This document shows positions 59,501-60,000 of a stretch of DNA of 60,000 bases, in pieces. How positions within the stretch are numbered: the stretch's first letter is position 1; each line of letters starts with the position of its first letter. The stretch is from the NCBI GenBank assembly GCA_051294905.1, contig CM119378.1, positions 1,924,001 to 1,984,000 on the forward strand, given 5' to 3'. The position numbers and the translations under genes are program-made. Source of the DNA: Botryllus schlosseri (taxonomy: Eukaryota). Under the pieces are notes generated by a model. That model was not told where the DNA came from and made no database searches. It saw only the letters and a list, made by a program, of their open reading frames with translations.

Positions 59501-59508
59501 ACAGATGG
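50345..59508 (-). CDS. Multi-Sushi/CCP (selectin-type, 6-Cys) protein with C-terminal VWA domain; 5' end outside the window
   Basis: 13 exons join in frame: 9 symmetric phase-1 CCP exons then 4 VWA exons with MIDAS residues (DSSSS, GTHTG, VTDG); stop at 50345; no TM segment. Confidence 0.92.
51281..51444 (-). CDS. VWA domain exon 3
   Basis: GTHTGKAMTHILENVL..EAGNRPDVADVVIVVTDGKAADD....AQLLRDAGVE. Confidence 0.93.
51493..52008. mobile_element. Foldback hAT MITE, same family, in a VWA intron
   Basis: TAGGGCTATTCAAAAAT...TTTTGAATACCCCTA; GTGTGT-type flanks on both sides. Confidence 0.85.
52150..52301 (-). CDS. VWA domain exon 2
   Basis: AFEVSSESANFAVFRYNAEVDRESEIMLKDY...IPYSGS. Confidence 0.92.
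52682..52793 (-). CDS. VWA domain exon 1 (MIDAS DxSxS)
   Basis: QCPPKAKMDAVIALDSSSSIGAENWNTVKTFIENII. Confidence 0.92.
52852..53055 (-). CDS. Last CCP module exon (ends PCCA)
   Basis: KCFPPRELLQHGNVSCTDQNNVGSVCKFTC...C...WSGAVPCCA; 204 nt. Confidence 0.92.
54106..54294 (-). CDS. CCP module exon
   Basis: GCIPEVLKAPENGRVVCTDSNNVESTCSFQCDQGF...C...WTKASMQCV; 189 nt; AAG acceptor. Confidence 0.9.
54477..54659 (-). CDS. CCP module exon
   Basis: KCPVMKNPRFGAVTCTDGNNIRSTCAFSCGTGF...C...WSAQPPTCH; 183 nt. Confidence 0.92.
54973..55352. mobile_element. hAT MITE (TAGGGATGG family), short derivative
   Basis: Both TIRs present; TSD GTAAAAAC/GTATAAAC. Confidence 0.85.
55723..55911 (-). CDS. CCP module exon
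   Basis: TCPTDTPPVPRNAVVSCDDGNFAGSFCTFGCREGY...C...WRRAIVRCI; 189 nt. Confidence 0.9.
56459..56647 (-). CDS. CCP module exon
   Basis: KCFPRTPRAPKRGSVKCNDSNHIGSACKFECDPG...C...WDMPVPECS; 189 nt. Confidence 0.92.
56711..56890 (-). CDS. CCP module exon
   Basis: KCPDLPSIRPQNGDVFCTNSNHIGSICSFECGIRY...C...WDTQPPICE; 180 nt. Confidence 0.92.
57187..57375 (-). CDS. CCP module exon
   Basis: ICDPAVPAAPENGAVSCTDTNRINSVCAFECAEG...C...WDNETPQCI; 189 nt. Confidence 0.92.
58268..58459 (-). CDS. CCP module exon (not in ORF track)
   Basis: RCPPLPKSSNLLISSCSDGNNVGSVCSFQCQPSSELVGADAIFCVHRGASRGGGWSRPPPSCI; phase 1-1, 192 nt. Confidence 0.88.
58537..58566. repeat. 10-bp tandem repeat (ACAAGGACAT)x3
   Basis: Direct reading. 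Confidence 0.9.
59320..59508 (-). CDS. CCP module exon (first in window)
   Basis: ICTEPASLAPQHGRVTCTKQNAIGSICRFTCDEGY...C...W....PSCV; phase 1-1, 189 nt. Confidence 0.93.
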
Positions 59509-60000
59509 CTGAAATAGTTGTTAAAATCAGATGGAAGCATACTTGGTTAAAGTAGTCAGCGCTGCTACTCAAGTAGACGAGAAATAACGCAGAGCAAGTA
59601 TTGCGAGTATAGGCATACATACTATGCAGAAATGCTTCCTAACCAGTGGGCCAGGACCGTTGGTTGGTCGCGAATATATTTTAGGTGGGTCGCAAAAGCA
59701 TTTCTTCACATTATAGTTTTAAATTCAATATGTCTTAGATGAATGCTTTCAGTAGTTACGGGGTACCAGCAATCTACTTATTGATATGATAGCAGTTTTG
59801 CAAGTAAACAAAATAAACTTCTGTAATACTTACGAACTTACACGGGGTGGTTGGTCGAAAATAGGTGTAGGCCTATAGATAGGTATACCTCAATTTAAGG
59901 TATTTCTGAATATTTTCCTACTTTGAAAATTAGGCCAATCAAGTCTATACTTGATCTGATAGTATATAACATACGTAAACTAAACTTTGGCAATAATAGT

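Overview
AT-rich, intron- and MITE-rich animal genomic DNA; gene content and repeat landscape suggest an invertebrate chordate such as an ascidian (inference). Three spliced protein-coding genes can be rebuilt by hand. (1) A Shaker/Kv1 (KCNA) voltage-gated K+ channel on +, with firm exons 15807-26278 and probable upstream exons at 9252 and 15193. (2) A complete 7-exon CD9/CD81-like tetraspanin on + (35258-47533). (3) The 3' part of a minus-strand gene with at least 9 six-cysteine Sushi/CCP modules ending in a VWA domain (50345-59508, continuing past the window). Introns and intergenic DNA hold many non-autonomous DNA transposons with readable TIRs and 8-bp TSDs (hAT Ac-type and Buster-type, one Merlin-like foldback), plus tRNA-derived SINEs, often nested. 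The most striking structures are two near-identical 1463-bp hAT elements inserted independently in opposite orientation just after the Kv1 stop codon (a 3.7-kb inverted repeat), a 1.5-kb Merlin-like foldback built from inverted G-rich TTAGGG-containing arrays, and a MITE carrying an unidentified frameshifted ORF. Most entries in the ORF track are non-coding noise. No database search was possible; all calls are from reading the sequence.
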